Positions 1 to 17,630 are shown, counted from the first letter of the stretch. The stretch is 64,000 nucleotides of DNA from Macrostomum lignano (GCA_002269645.1 NIVC01001066.1:124001-188000); one strand, 5' to 3'. The notes: generated by a model not told the origin, from the letters alone. Numbers and translations: made by a program.

Positions 1-177
1 ATCGTGATTATTTTGAACACCGAACTATTTGATGGACACCAAATGTCGGTGATAAAGCAGCCTGACTCATTATTGATTACAAGTGTGAGCTGAAATTCGT
101 CTTCTTCAAGAAAGGGTTTGCATAAGCGTAAAACAAATGGCGTGTGATATCGGTGGTGAAAACTGGCAGACAAGAAT

Positions 178-875
178 GAGTGTGACCGACGGGAGAGTGA
201 AAAACAAGAAAGTGACAGACAGGAGAGTGACAGACAGAAGAGTGACAGACAGGAGAGTGACAGACAGGAGAGTGACAGACAGAAGAGTGACAGACAGAAG
301 AGTGACAGACAGGAGAGTAACAGACAGAAGAGTGACAGACAGGAGAGTGATAGACAGAAGAGTGACAGACAGGAGAGTGACAGACAGGAGAGTAACAGAC
401 AGAAGAGTGACAGACAGGAGAGTGACAGACAGGAGAGTGAAAGGCAGAAGAGCAGAAGAGTGACAGACAGGAGAGTGACAGACAGGAGAGTGACAGACAG
501 GAGAGTGACAGACAGGAGAGTGACCGACAGGAGAGTGACAGACAGGAGAGTGACAGACAGGAGAGTGACCGACAGGAGAGTGACAGACAGGAGAGTGACA
601 GACAGGAGAGTGACAGACAGGAGAGTGACAGACAGGAGAGTGACAGACAGGAGAGTGACAGACAGGAGAGTGAAAGGCAGAAGAGCAGAAGAGTGACAGA
701 CAGGAGAGTGACAGACAGGAGAGTGACAGACAGAAGAGTGACAGACAGAAGAGTGACAGACAGGAGAGTGACAGACAGGAGAGTGACAGGCAGGAGAGTG
801 ACAGGCAGGAGAGTGACAGACAGGAGAGTGACAGGCAGAAGAGTGACAGACACGATAGTGACAGAAAGAGGTATA
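178..875 (+). repeat. 15-bp minisatellite (AGAGTGACAGACAGG)n with a duplicated interruption (GTGAAAGGCAGAAGAGCAGAAG at ~437 and ~670)
   Basis: Direct reading; explains the RRVTD and SVTLL ORFs. Confidence 0.95.
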
Positions 876-1383
876 GATGATGAGAAGCAGTGGGCAGTTG
901 TGAGTCCAGCTCGCGCTAACCGAGTGAAATCAAACTAAATGATTTTATTGAAGCCCCACATTATTATAGTCGTAGTCTTTAAACAGGCAAGTAAAATAAA
1001 TGATTCTATAGACTTGAAATACATAAAAGATTTGAAAAATAATATCTTTAGTCTACATATACTACTAACTTACTGTTAGTTGAGTTTAAAGTACATTTTA
1101 TCACAGCTATCACAGTCAGCCATCAAATTTGAGTAGAAAAGTTATTAATCAGATATGACAGAAGAGAAATTATTCATAAAAACAAAATTAACTATTACAA
1201 GTCAAGATTAATAATAAGAATAGCATAATTTGACAAATTTGGTAAGTAGTATAGCAGAGAATTGGAATAGAGACTAATACATGTACGCCTATGCTGTTTA
1301 TAGCCTTGTAGGAGATCAGATAAAGTACAGGCAAAAACAGCTAGATGAGAGAAATACTTCAGTCGGATTCGTGAGTCAGGTAC

Positions 1384-1515
1384 CTGTCTATCAGCTGATC
1401 GGCGTAGCGCCTGGCGCTGGCTGTCAGCTCGCGGCTCTCCAGGAAGTCCCGGACAGAGTCGGCGCCGCTCTGCCTGCGGAATTGCGTTGCCATGGTTATT
1501 GGGGTTATTGTGAAT
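1384..1515 (-). CDS. Exon of the minus-strand coiled-coil gene (QFTITPITMATQFRRQSGADSVRDFLESRELTASARRYADQLIDR)
   Basis: Acceptor AACGCAG at 1517/1516; in frame (phase 2) with the exon ending at 1891. 3' end uncertain: weak donor AG|GTACCT at 1383, or read-through to TGA at 1359-1361. Confidence 0.55.
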
Positions 1516-1566
1516 CTGCGTTTTGTTAGATGGGATTTAAGGTCTTTTCCGAGTGTCTCTCAGTTT

Positions 1567-1877
<311 letters not shown>

Positions 1878-1890
1878 CATGGAGACTCAC

Positions 1891-2899
1891 TGCTGCTCAG
1901 CCCCGTCTCTGGTGGCGAAGTCCAGATTCAGCCGTGGCACGCCGCTTGCCCGCGATGAAGGCCTGGCCGAAGGCGCCGCAGCTGGGCCACCCACAGCGGT
2001 GCGCGCGGTTGAGGCGCTGCGGAAAGAGTCCAGCGCCTCTAGGCCTGCAGGATGACGGCTCGCTGTTGCTCGGCTCGATTGTCGCTGGCTGGAGCGCCGC
2101 CGCTGCCACCACCGCCATGACGCTTCCACTGCCGCCGTTGCGTCGCTGCAGGGCGACTTGAGTGCGCAGCCGGTCGATGAGCTTTGGACGGTTCGCAACC
2201 TGCTGCTGCTGCTGTTGCTGCGGCTCTACCGACGGCTGCTGGGGCGGCGCCTGCTGTGACTGCGGCGGCAGCCTCTCGCGCGCTTCGTCTGCCACCGGTG
2301 CAGCCGCCGACTCCGCCGCGCCAGATTTTGGCCTGCGCGCCTGGCCAACTGTGGGCACCCTGGCCAGAAAGTCGCTCACCCGCCTGCGAGATCCGCTGGT
2401 CCTCCGGATAGCGGCGCATGCTGAGGCCGCCGCCGCCGCTGCGAGATGCCGCCGCCTGCTGGCGTGGCGTGCAGACGAGGACGAACTCGTCCCCGGACTG
2501 CCTGTCCGGCGATCGCCTCTCCTCCGACCTGCCGCACCTTCGCCGCCGTCAGCCGCTGGCCCGGCTGCCGATCGGCCTCCAGCAGTCGTCGGGCAGTTCC
2601 CGCGGCGCCCGACCGCTCTGTGGCCGCCGCTGCCGCCGCCGCCGCGGTCTCCGCCGCGGATTTCTTCTGGCGCTGCCGCTGCTCGGCGACCTCCTCTCGC
2701 AGGCGGTTCATCTCCGCTCCATCTGGCGCAGCCGCTGGCTGACGGCCTCGCCCTCCTGCTCGGCGCGCCGGCTGCCGCTCTTCTCCGACACGCTGCTCCG
2801 AATGGTGTCCGGCGCTCTGTCAGCCGCCTGGCCAGCTCGGCATTTTCGGCCTTCAATTCGCCCAGCTGAGCCTCAGTTCGCCAAGACGGCCCTCCAGAC
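1891..2899 (-). CDS. Large GC-rich exon, coiled-coil/low-complexity protein with apparent 1-nt frameshifts
   Basis: Acceptor CCAAG| at 2901/2900, donor GTGAGT at 1890. Coiled-coil peptides LEGRLGEL/AQLGELKAENAELARRL/EQEGEAVSQRLRQME/MNRLREEVAEQRQRQKK and the end GLEALDSFRS...LNLDFATRDGAEQ fall in different frames. Confidence 0.6.
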
Positions 2900-2906
2900 C
2901 TTGGAT

Positions 2907-2957
2907 ACAAACTTACAGGTAAACTCCTACAAACTTACAGGTAAACTCGCTACAACT
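2907..2957 (+). repeat. About 2 copies of the 23-bp unit CTCGCTACAAACTTACAGGTAAA abutting the exon acceptor
   Basis: Same unit as array 5696-6158. Confidence 0.85.
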
Positions 2958-3357
2958 AGCCTGTAAACTTTCTAAAAACATACTAGTAAACTTCTCAGAA
3001 GCATAGCAATAGACTTCCTAAAAAATTACCACCATCAGTCAGCCTAAAGTTCGATTTCGCAAAGGACAAAAATTATATAATCGTTTAGTTAAGTATTTAT
3101 TATAGTTTAATATTAATATTAATATTCCAGCTCACCCTTGAGTCGCCTTTCTGAAATGGCTCTGCATAATTCGTGTTCGGACACTGTGTCTTCACTTCAG
3201 CCTGGCGCTCAACCACCTGGACAGGGCCGGGTTAAAAGCCTTTTTTTATGTTTCCGTCCTGGTGTTAAAATCATAAGACAACCTTCCTTCACTGTGTAAA
3301 ACAGAGGTGATTTTACCTGAACTTAAAATTAGGTTTGTGCTTTGAGGATATGAGAAA

Positions 3358-4853
3358 TCATGCATCCCGGTGCTGAGAGTCATGCATCCCGGTGCTGAGG
3401 GTCATGCATCCCGGTGCTGAGGGTCATGCATCCCGGTGCTGAGGGTCATGCATCCGGTGCTGAGAGTCATGCATCCCGGTGCTGAGGGTCATGCTTCCCG
3501 GTGCTGAGAGTCATGCATCCCGGTGCTGAGGGTCATGCATCCCGGTGCTGAGAGTCATGCATCCCGGTGCTGAGAGTCATGCATCCCGGTGCTGAGAGTC
3601 ATGCATCCCGGTGCTGAGAGTCATGCATCCCGGTGCTGAGGGTCATGCTTCCCGGTGCTGAGGGTCATGCATCCCGGTGCTGAGGGTCATGCTTCCCGGT
3701 GCTGAGGGTCATGCTTCCCGGTGCTGAGGGTCATGCTTCCCAGTGCTGAGGGTCATGCATCCCGGTGCTGAGGGTCATGCTTCCCGGTGCTGAGGGTCAT
3801 GCTTCCCGGTGCTGAGGGTCATGCTTCCCGGTGCTGAGGGTCATGCATCCCGGTGCTGAGGGTCATGCATCCCGGTGCTGAGGGTCATGCTTCCCGGTGC
3901 TGAGAGTCATGCATCCCGGTGCTGAGGGTCATGCATCCCGGTGCTGAGAGTCATGCATCCCGGTGCTGAGAGTCATGCATCCCGGTGCTGAGAGTCATGC
4001 ATCCCGGTGCTGAGGGTCATGCATCCCGGTGCTGAGAGTCATGCATCCCGGTGCTGAGAGTCATGCATCCCGGTGCTGAGAGTCATGCATCCCGGTGCTG
4101 AGGGTCATGCTTCCCAGTGCTGAGTCATGCATCCCGGTGCTGAGGGTCATGCTTCCCAGTGCTGAGGGTCATGCTTCCCGGTGCTGAGGGTCATGCTTCC
4201 CGGTGCTGAGGGTCATGCATCCCGGTGCTGAGGGTCATGCATCCCGGTGCTGAGGGTCATGCTTCCCGGTGCTGAGAGTCATGCATCCCGGTGCTGAGGG
4301 TCATGCATCCCGGTGCTGAGAGTCATGCATCCCGGTGCTGAGAGTCATGCATCCCGGTGCTGAGAGTCATGCATCCCGGTGCTGAGGGTCATGCATCCCG
4401 GTGCTGAGGGTCATGCTTCCCGGTGCTGAGGGTCATGCATCCCGGTGCTGAGGGTCATGCTTCCCGGTGCTGAGGGTCATGCTTCCCGGTGCTGAGGGTC
4501 ATGCTTCCCAGTGCTGAGGGTCATGCATCCCGGTGCTGAGGGTCATGCTTCCCAGTGCTGAGGGTCATGCTTCCCGGTGCTGAGGGTCATGCTTCCCGGT
4601 GCTGAGGGTCATGCATCCCGGTGCTGAGGGTCATGCATCCCGGTGCTGAGGGTCATGCATCCCGGTGCTGAGGGTCATGCATCCCGGTGCTGAGGGTCAT
4701 GCATCCCGGTGCTGAGGGTCATGCATCCCGGTGCTGAGGGTCATGCATCCCGGTGCTGAGGGTCATGCATCCCGGTGCTGAGGGTCATGCTTCCCAGTGC
4801 TGAGGGTCATGCTTCCCGGTGCTGAGGGTCATGCTTCCCGGTGCTGAGAGTCA
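3358..4853 (+). repeat. 22-bp minisatellite (TCATGCATCCCGGTGCTGAGRG)n, ~68 copies
   Basis: Direct reading. Confidence 0.97.
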
Positions 4854-5346
4854 TTAATTAAAAATGTTCAGGCAACATGGCAGCTCAGCCACCTACGGGA
4901 ACTGTTGGAAAAAATGGTTGGCTCTCTTTAAACAGAAAATATGAGATGAAGAAGTTTTCTCTTCCTAGCCAAGGCACGTTGCAGAGAAATTTGAAGAGAT
5001 GGAGCACCGGTCAACTCAAGTGCTGCCCCCAGCTCAACACTCAACAACAAGCCGTGCTTGGCTAATGGAATTGCTGAGTAAGCAGGAAAAGTCAGCAAAA
5101 GCCTCCACAAAAGTCTTCTTCTTCTGGCTGATTGATTCTCTGGCCGGCAAGGACCGGCTCAAATCGGGAAAATTAGGATCGCGCTCAGCTATAGAACTAA
5201 TTGAAATGAATATAAGGAATAATAGTTAATGTGCCAATACTAATAGCCAAGTTAGTATGAAAAAAAAACAAAAAAGCTTGGGCATTTCGCAATTCCTGTG
5301 GTTTTCACCTTGAAGCCATGCTTCGCTGGGAAGTGCATAGCCTAGT

Positions 5347-5640
5347 TCTGAACTTTCTGAACTTTCTGAATTTTCTGAACTTTCTGAACTTTCTGAACTT
5401 TCTGAACTTTCTGAACTTTCTGAACTTTCTGAACTTTCAAAAATTTCTTAACTTTCTGAACTTTCTGAACTTTCTGAACTTTCAAAACTTTCTGCCAATC
5501 GTTTCAAACTTTCTGAACTTTCTGAACTTTTTAACCTTTCTGAATTTCTGAACTTTCTGAACTTTTTAAACTTTCTGAACTTTCTGAACTTTTTAAACTT
5601 TCTGAACTTTCTGAACTTTCTGAACTTTCAAAACTTTCTG
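5347..5640 (+). repeat. 9-bp repeat (TGAACTTTC)n
   Basis: Direct reading; explains the NFL ORF. Confidence 0.95.
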
Positions 5641-5695
5641 CCAATCGTTTGAATCAAACCTTGGAGACAACGCCCACCAGCTCGTGTAGACGAAA

Positions 5696-6158
5696 ACTCG
5701 CTACAAACTTACAGGTAAACTCGCTACAAACTTACAGGTAAACTCGCTACAAACTTACAGGTAAACTCGCTACAAACTTACAGGTAAACTCGCTACAAAC
5801 TTACAGGTAAACTCGCTACAAACTTACAGGTAAACTCGCTACAAACTTACAGGTAAACTCGCTACAAACTTACAGGTAAACTCGCTACAAACTTACAGGT
5901 AAACTCGCTACAAACTTACAGGTAAACTCGCTACAAACTTACAGGTAAACTCGCTACAAACTTACAGGTAAACTCGCTACAAACTTACAGGTAAACTCGC
6001 TACAAACTTACAGGTAAACTCGCTACAAACTTACAGGTAAACTCGCTACAAACTTACAGGTAAACTCGCTACAAACTTACAGGTAAACTCGCTACAAACT
6101 TACAGGTAAACTCGCTACAAACTTACAGGTAAACTCCCTACAAACTTACAGGTAAACT
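5696..6158 (+). repeat. 23-bp minisatellite (CTCGCTACAAACTTACAGGTAAA)n, ~20 near-perfect copies
   Basis: Direct reading. Confidence 0.97.
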
Positions 6159-7007
6159 TGGGTGAGGTATTGCCCAATTAGTACCAAAACATCCTGGCAA
6201 CTTCCTCTATCTAGCTAACGCATTTCGCAGCGATAACCTGCTTTCGAGTGAAAATGACACACAAGTGTGGAAATCACACACCAATGCCTCGTTTACCTGC
6301 CAACTGTTGACTGAATAGCTGACAGTCTGAAAAACGATAATAAATTATTTCAATACTTTAAAAACTTTGAATAGTTATTGTAAGCGCAGGCCAAGTACAG
6401 CTAGGAACCGATCAAGTTTGGACCATGGGATCTCTGGATGCCTCAAACCCACTAGATTTCTGGCTGTAGCTAGAGCTTAACTGAGCTATTGAGAACTAAT
6501 GAGTCCATATGATGCTGTGTAGGAAGGGCATGGCAGGTGAATTTAGAGCAATTTAAAGAGAGAAAGAGAAGCAGTCAGGGGGGAGAGGGGCGAGTTACCG
6601 CGCACACTCAAGTTCACGCTGAATGAGCTTAACTCAGCATATTTTCAGGCCCTACTCAATTAACTCAGCTAGCGCTTCATCTCATCAACAGGAGACTGGA
6701 GAGGGAGGGAGAGAAAGAGAGTGTGTTTAAAACAGAGGCGACAGCCGGTTAAGCTGCTCAATATCTCAGGTATGGCGGCGGCGGTGCGAAAACTGATTAA
6801 AAAATTCTTTTTGTAGAAGAGGGACTGCTAATGAGCGAGACTGGGACCAGGCTGGGAAGGTGCCGTCATTGTTGCTGATGCTCGCTGCCTTGTTTCTCAG
6901 CTCTCACTAACTGTCTTTTGGCCGTCTTTTCCGTCCTTTCTGATGTCTGCACACAGCCGCTTTGTTAAAGTCTTCGCTTCCGCTAGTGAATTGCATTCAT
7001 TTATCCC

Positions 7008-10000
7008 CCCGTCTCTCCCTGTCTCACTCTGTCTCCTCCCTGTCTCATCCCGTCTCTCCCTGTCTCATCCCGTCTCTTTCCTGTCTCATCCCGTCTCTCC
7101 CTGTCTCACTCTGTCTCCTCCCTGTCTCATCCCGTCTCTTCCCTGTCTCATCCCGTCTCTTTCCTGTCTCATCCCGTCTCTCCCTGTCTCACTCTGTCTC
7201 CTCCCTGTCTCATCCCGTCTCTTCCCTGTCTCATCCCGTCTCTTCCTGTCTCATCCCGTCTATTCCCTGTCTCATCCCGTCTCTTTCCTGTCTCATCCCG
7301 TCTCTCCCTGTCTCACTCTGTCTCCTCCCTGTCTCATCCCGTCTCTTCCCTGTCTCATCCCGTCTATTCCCTGTCTCATCCCGTCTCTTCCCTGTCTCAT
7401 CCCGTCTCTTTCCTGTCTCATCCCGTCTCTCCCTGTCTCACTCTGTCTCCTCCCTGTCTCATCCCGTCTCTTCCCTGTCTCATCCCGTCTCTTCCCTGTC
7501 TCATCCCGTCTATTCCCTGTCTCATCCCGTCTCTTTCCTGTCTCATCCCGTCTCTCCCTGTCTCACTCTGTCTCCTCCCTGTCTCATCCCGTCTCTTCCC
7601 TGTCTCATCCCGTCTCTTCCCTGTCTCATCCCGTCTATTCCCTGTCTCATCCCGTCTCTTTCCTGTCTCATCCCGTCTCTTCCCTGTCTCATCCCGTCTC
7701 TCCCTGTCTCATCACGTCTCTTCTCTGTCTCATCCCGTCTCTTCCCTGTCTCATCCCGTCTCTTCCCTGTCTCATCCCGTCTCCTTCCTGTCTCATCCCG
7801 TCTCTTTCCTGTCTCATCCCGTCTCTTTCCTGTCTCATCCCGTCTCTTTCCTGTCTCATCCCGTCTCTCCCTGTCTCATCCCGTCTCTTCCCTGTCTCAT
7901 CCCGTCTCCTCCCTGTCTCATCCCGTCTCCTCCCTGTCTCATCCCGTCTCCTTCCTGTCTCATCCCGTCTCTTTCCTGTCTCATCCCGTCTCTTCCCTGT
8001 CTCATCCCGTCTCCTTCCTGTCTCATCCCGTCTCCTTCCTGTCTCATCCCGTCTCTTCCCTGTCTCATCCCGTCTCTTCCCTGTCTCATCCCGTCTCTTC
8101 CCTGTCTCATCCCGTCTCTTCCTGTCTCACCCCGTCTCTTCCCTGTCTCACCCCGTCTCTTCCCTGTCTCACCCCGTCTCTTCCCTGTCTCACCCCGTCT
8201 CTTCCCTGTCTCACCCTGTCTCTTCCCTGTCTCATCCCGTCTCTTCCCTGTCTCACCCCGTCTCTTCCCTGTCTCATTCCGTCTCTTTCCTGTCTCATTC
8301 CGTCTCTTTCCTGTCTCACCCCGTCTCTTTCCTGTCTCACCCCGTCTCTTTCCTGTCTCATCCCGTCTCTTTCCTGTCTCATCCCGTCTCTACCTGTCTC
8401 ATCCAGTCTCTTCCCTGTCTCATCCCGTCTCTTCCCTGTCTCATCCCGTCTCCTTCCTGTCTCACCCCGTCTCTTTCCTGTCTCACCCCGTCTCTTTCCT
8501 GTCTCACCCCGTCTCTTTCCTGTCTCATCCCGTCTCTACCTGTCTCATCCAGTCTCTTCCCTGTCTCATCCCGTCTCTTCCCTGTCTCATCCCGTCTCCT
8601 TCCTGTCTCATCCCGTCTCTTCCCTGTCTCATCCCGTCTCTCCCTGTCTCATCCCGTCTCCTCCCTGTCTCATCCCGTCTCCTTCCTGTCTCATCCCGTC
8701 TCTTTCCTGTCTCATCCCGTCTCTTTCCTGTCTCACCCCGTCTCCTTCCTGTCTCATCCCGTCTCTTCCCTGTCTCATCCCGTCTCCTTCCTGTCTCATC
8801 CCGTCTCCTTCCTGTCTCATCCCGTCTCCTCCCTGTCTCATCCCGTCTCTCCCTGTCTCATCCCGTCTCTTCCCTGTCTCATCCCGTCTCTTCCCTGTCT
8901 CACCCCGTCTCTTCCCTGTCTCACCCCGTCTCTTCCCTGTCTCACCCCGTCTCTTCCCTGTCTCACCCCGTCTCTTCCCTGTCTCACCCCGTCTCTTCCC
9001 TGTCTCATCCCGTCTCTTTCCTGTCTCACCCCGTCTCTTCCCTGTCTCATTCCGTCTCTTTCCTGTCTCATTCCGTCTCTTTCCTGTCTCACCCCGTCTC
9101 TTTCCTGTCTCACCCCGTCTCTTTCCTGTCTCACCCCGTCTCTTTCCTGTCTCATCCCGTCTCTACCTGTCTCATCCAGTCTCTTCCCTGTCTCATCCCG
9201 TCTCTTCCCTGTCTCATCCCGTCTCCTTCCTGTCTCACCCCGTCTCTTTCCTGTCTCACCCCGTCTCTTTCCTGTCTCACCCCGTCTCTTTCCTGTCTCA
9301 TCCCGTCTCTACCTGTCTCATCCAGTCTCTTCCCTGTCTCATCCCGTCTCTTCCCTGTCTCATCCCGTCTCTTCCTGTCTCACCCCGTCTCTTCCCTGTC
9401 TCACCCCGTCTCTTCCCTGTCTCACCCCGTCTCTTCCCTGTCTCACCCCGTCTCTTCCCTGTCTCACCCCGTCTCTTCCCTGTCTCATCCCGTCTCTTCC
9501 CTGTCTCACCCCGTCTCTTCCCTGTCTCATTCCGTCTCTTTCCTGTCTCATTCCGTCTCTTTCCTGTCTCACCCCGTCTCTTTCCTGTCTCACCCCGTCT
9601 CTTTCCTGTCTCACCCCGTCTCTTTCCTGTCTCATCCCGTCTCTACCTGTCTCATCCAGTCTCTTCCCTGTCTCATCCCGTCTCTTCCCTGTCTCATCCC
9701 GTCTCCTTCCTGTCTCATCCCGTCTCTTCCTGTCTCACCCGTCTCTTTCCTGTCTCACCCCGTCTCTTTCCTGTCTCATCCCGTCTCTACCTGTCTCATC
9801 CAGTCTCTTCCCTGTCTCATCCCGTCTCTTCCCTGTCTCATCCCGTCTCCTTCCTGTCTCATCCCGTCTCTTCCCTGTCTCATCCCGTCTCTTCCCTGTC
9901 TCATCCCGTCTCCTCCCTGTCTCATCCCGTCTCCTTCCTGTCTCATCCCGTCTCTTTCCTGTCTCATCCCGTCTCTTTCCTGTCTCACCCCGTCTCTTCC

Positions 10001-11075
10001 TGTCTCATCCCGTCTCTTCCTGTCTCATCCCGTCTCTTCCTGTCTCACCCGTCTCCTTCCTGTCTCATCCCGTCTCCTCCTGTCTCATCCCGTCTCTCCT
10101 GTCTCATCCCGTCTCTTCCCTGTCTCATCCCGTCTCTTCCCTGTCTCACCCGTCTCTTCCCTGTCTCACCCGTCTCTTCCTGTCTCACCCCGTCTCTTTC
10201 CTGTCTCACCCCGTCTCTTTCCTGTCTCACCCCGTCTCTTTCCTGTCTCATCCCGTCTCTACCTGTCTCATCCAGTCTCTTCCCTGTCTCATCCCGTCTC
10301 TTCCCTGTCTCATCCCGTCTCTTCCTGTCTCACCCCGTCTCTTTCCTGTCTCACCCCGTCTCTTTCCTGTCTCACCCCGTCTCTTTCCTGTCTCATCCCG
10401 TCTCTACCTGTCTCATCCCGTCTCTTCCCTGTCTCATCCCGTCTCCTTCCTGTCTCATCCCGTCTCTTCCCTGTCTCATCCCGTCTCTTCCTGTCTCACC
10501 GTCTCTTTCCTGTCTCATCTCCCTGTCTCATCCCGTCTCCTGTCTCATCCCGTCTCTTCCCTGTCTCATCCCGTCTCTTCCTGTCTCATCCCGTCTCCTT
10601 CCTGTCTCATCCCGTCTCTTCCTGTCTGTCTCTTTCCTGTCTCATTCTCTTTCCTGTCTCATCCCGTCTCCCTGTCTCATCCCGTCTCTTCCCTGTCTCA
10701 TCCCGTCTCTTCCTGTCTCATCCCGTCTCTTCCCTGTCTCATCCCGTCTCTCATCCCGTCTCTTTCCTGTCTCATCCCGTCTCTTCCATGTCTCACCCCG
10801 TCTCTTCCCGTCTCATCCGTCTCTTCAATGTCTCACCCCGTCTTTTCCCAGTCTCACCCCGTCTCTCCCTGTCTCACCCCCGTCTTTTCCCTGTTTCACC
10901 CCCCGTCTTTTCGCTGTCTCACACCGTCTCTTCCATGTCTAACTGCTTCTCATCCCTGTCTCACCCGTCTCATCCCTGTCTCACCCCGTCTCATCCCTGT
11001 CTCACCCCGTCTCACCCCTGTCTCACCACATCTTCCTCTCGTCCCTCTTCAGTCTCACATTCCTGTCTCTCGTGG
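7008..11075 (+). repeat. 21-bp pyrimidine-rich minisatellite (CCCTGTCTCATCCCGTCTCTT)n, ~190 copies, decaying towards the 3' end
   Basis: Direct reading; explains the 1381-aa and 1326-aa spurious ORFs. Confidence 0.97.
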
Positions 11076-11604
11076 CTCTCTCTCCTGACAAGCCAGAAGC
11101 AGATTTTAATGACTAAGACTGAGAGAGAGAGCCGATGCCATGCGATCAATACATGGCGGCAGGCGATTTCATACAAAAGTGCATCTCCCGTAGCCACTTT
11201 TGCCTTTCACACCCTGCTGCTGGCTTCATCAAGAAGCGATGCTGCAGCTGCCTCCGCCTCAGGCTGAAGCCAACTTTTTGGCACAATGAAGTTTCTCAGT
11301 TTCTCCACGGCGGGGCGTGGCAGCCTCCCGATCCTTCACCCTGACTCAGGCCTTGGCCCCATCCACCCAGCCAGTCTCCCAGGGAAGGAAATTATGAAGA
11401 CAGTTGCTAGCTAAAAGATGAAGGAATGAGAGAATGAAGCAAAGAATAGGGGGTTGCTATTGATGATTCAAATTTTTCCTGCAGGAGAAAATTTGCTTGG
11501 TGAATTCTTTTTTTTTCTATACGTACTAAAGAAAAGCACAGGGTTTTGTTCTAATAGATCGCAGAGCCGTAGACAGTGTCGCTTCACATGACAATGCCAG
11601 TTAC

Positions 11605-12666
<1,062 letters not shown>

Positions 12667-13016
12667 TGAGTGGGGGGTGATTGAAGGCAGGTTAAATGGG
12701 GAAGCTCTGGCCAATCGCAATTTCGACTGTGGCTACAGGGAGCTTTATTTGTCACGCAAGACATATTACTCATTAGTAGATTGATAATCTCGCATAAACT
12801 ATAGAAGTCGTAAAACTTTATCACAGTCAATTTAAGCGATATGAAATATTTATGCCTGATAATTAAGCTGTGTGTTCAGGTACAAGTAGGCTTGGATTAA
12901 CATAATTAATCTTTTTAGGGTGTCCTGCACCGACCCTTGCTCTCTTCTGCCGGAAAATTGGAACAATGCTGCATGCAGTTCAGCTGTGTCCCTGTGCCCA
13001 AGATTTGGCAGTAGCG

Positions 13017-13694
13017 CTGACACAGATTAACAATAAGAAGGCCAAGCTGACACAGATTAACAATAAGAAGGCCAAGCTGACACAGATTAACAATAAGAAG
13101 GCCAAGCTATGAGCTGCCACAGATTAACAACAAGAATGCGAAGCTATGAGCTGACACAGACTAACAACAAGAAGGCCAAGCTGACACAGATTAACAACAA
13201 GAAGGCCAAGCTATGAGATGACACAGATTAACAACAAGAAGGCCAAGCTATGAGATGACACAGATTAACAACAAGAAGGCCAAGCTATGAGATGACACAG
13301 ATTAACAACAAGAAGGCCAAGCTATGAGATGACACAGATTAACAATAAGAATGCCAAGCTGACACAGATTAACAATAAGAATGCCAAGCTGACACAGATT
13401 AACAATAAGAATGCCAAGCTGACACAGATTAACAATAAGAATGCCAAGCTGACACAGATTAACAATAAGAATGCCAAGCTGACACAGATTAACAATAAGA
13501 AGGCCAAGCTGACACAGATTAACAATAAGAAGGCCAAGCTGACACACATTAACAATAAGAATGCCAAGCTGACACACATTAACAATAAGAATGCCAAGCT
13601 GACACAGATTAACAATAAGAATGCCAAGCTGACACAGATTAGCAATAAGAAGGCCAAGCTGACACACATTAACAATAAGAATGCCAAGCTGACA
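13017..13694 (+). repeat. 30-bp minisatellite (GCTGACACAGATTAACAATAAGAATGCCAA)n beginning at the intron donor
   Basis: Direct reading; explains the NLCQLGILIV tail of ORF 13302..16022. Confidence 0.95.
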
Positions 13695-13697
13695 TAC

Positions 13698-16160
<2,463 letters not shown>

Positions 16161-16670
16161 TAACAGAAGCTCGTGCAGTGTACAGCACCGGTCTCTAAAC
16201 TGAGCAAACTGCTTAATTGCTGTGCAAAAGGCGAGAGAAAAACTTCTGTGCTCAACTTTGCTTTAAATTTTAGCTTAACCAATGGCCTGCTGTTGGCTGT
16301 TTTCTATTGTGCTCTGTCTCCAGATAGTCAAGCCTTCCGTTTGTCGCAGCACCGACACAAAGGCATAAACATTGTTAATTGTGTATAGAGAAAGAGCATA
16401 GAGCTGCAAGTTTATGACTGTAGCTTCCTAAACTCTGAAATATTAACCCCGCCGGGTCAATAAATCCTTTCATCATTTTTATATAAAGTGTGGTTCTGCT
16501 ACTAACAGTAATGCTCCGTCAACTTTATGCAAATTCCAAATCGATTTCGATGAACGGGTTGATGTGCTTGAAAATCTTGGCAACATATTTGCAATTAAAT
16601 TGGGATCCGCCTTCCCACTGCTCCATCAAGTCCAATTTCAATACGTCTGACATGCTTTTTCTATTACCTA

Positions 16671-17212
<542 letters not shown>

Positions 17213-17630
17213 TTCATTCATCATTTATCTATCAATTATGTGTCATTTTCTAAATGAAACTACATTCTATAATTGTCTGGATACTCCAGTTTCAGGATTA
17301 AATTTCCATCTATCGTGAGGCAGCTCTTTTCTCTGACACTGTTCGAGGGAAGGTGCAGAGCTAAATCCTCTGTTATTATCTTCCTCGTTAATCCTCTGTC
17401 CATCCATCCCATCGGACCCGCTGAAAGCAAAGCAGATTATCTCATGATATCGCGCGCTTATCATTCCCTTAGTAACTGCTGGCACACCTTGGCGACCAGT
17501 TTGTCTACGTTGCTCTCGATTTTCATGGCTAAGCTTACATTAGTTCAACTGCACTTTATCTGAGTCTAGCCAGTTTACTGCTTTTAAAGTACTTTTGAGC
17601 TGAAACCAGTTCTTGATATATTAGTAGTAG

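Noticed and set aside
6943-11088. 1381-aa and 1326-aa ORFs
   Set aside because: Stop-free translations of a 21-bp CT-rich minisatellite, open in several frames, with no splice or codon evidence
11012-11344. Possible linking exon between 12180 and 2899
   Set aside because: No frame with convincing splice sites and protein-like content
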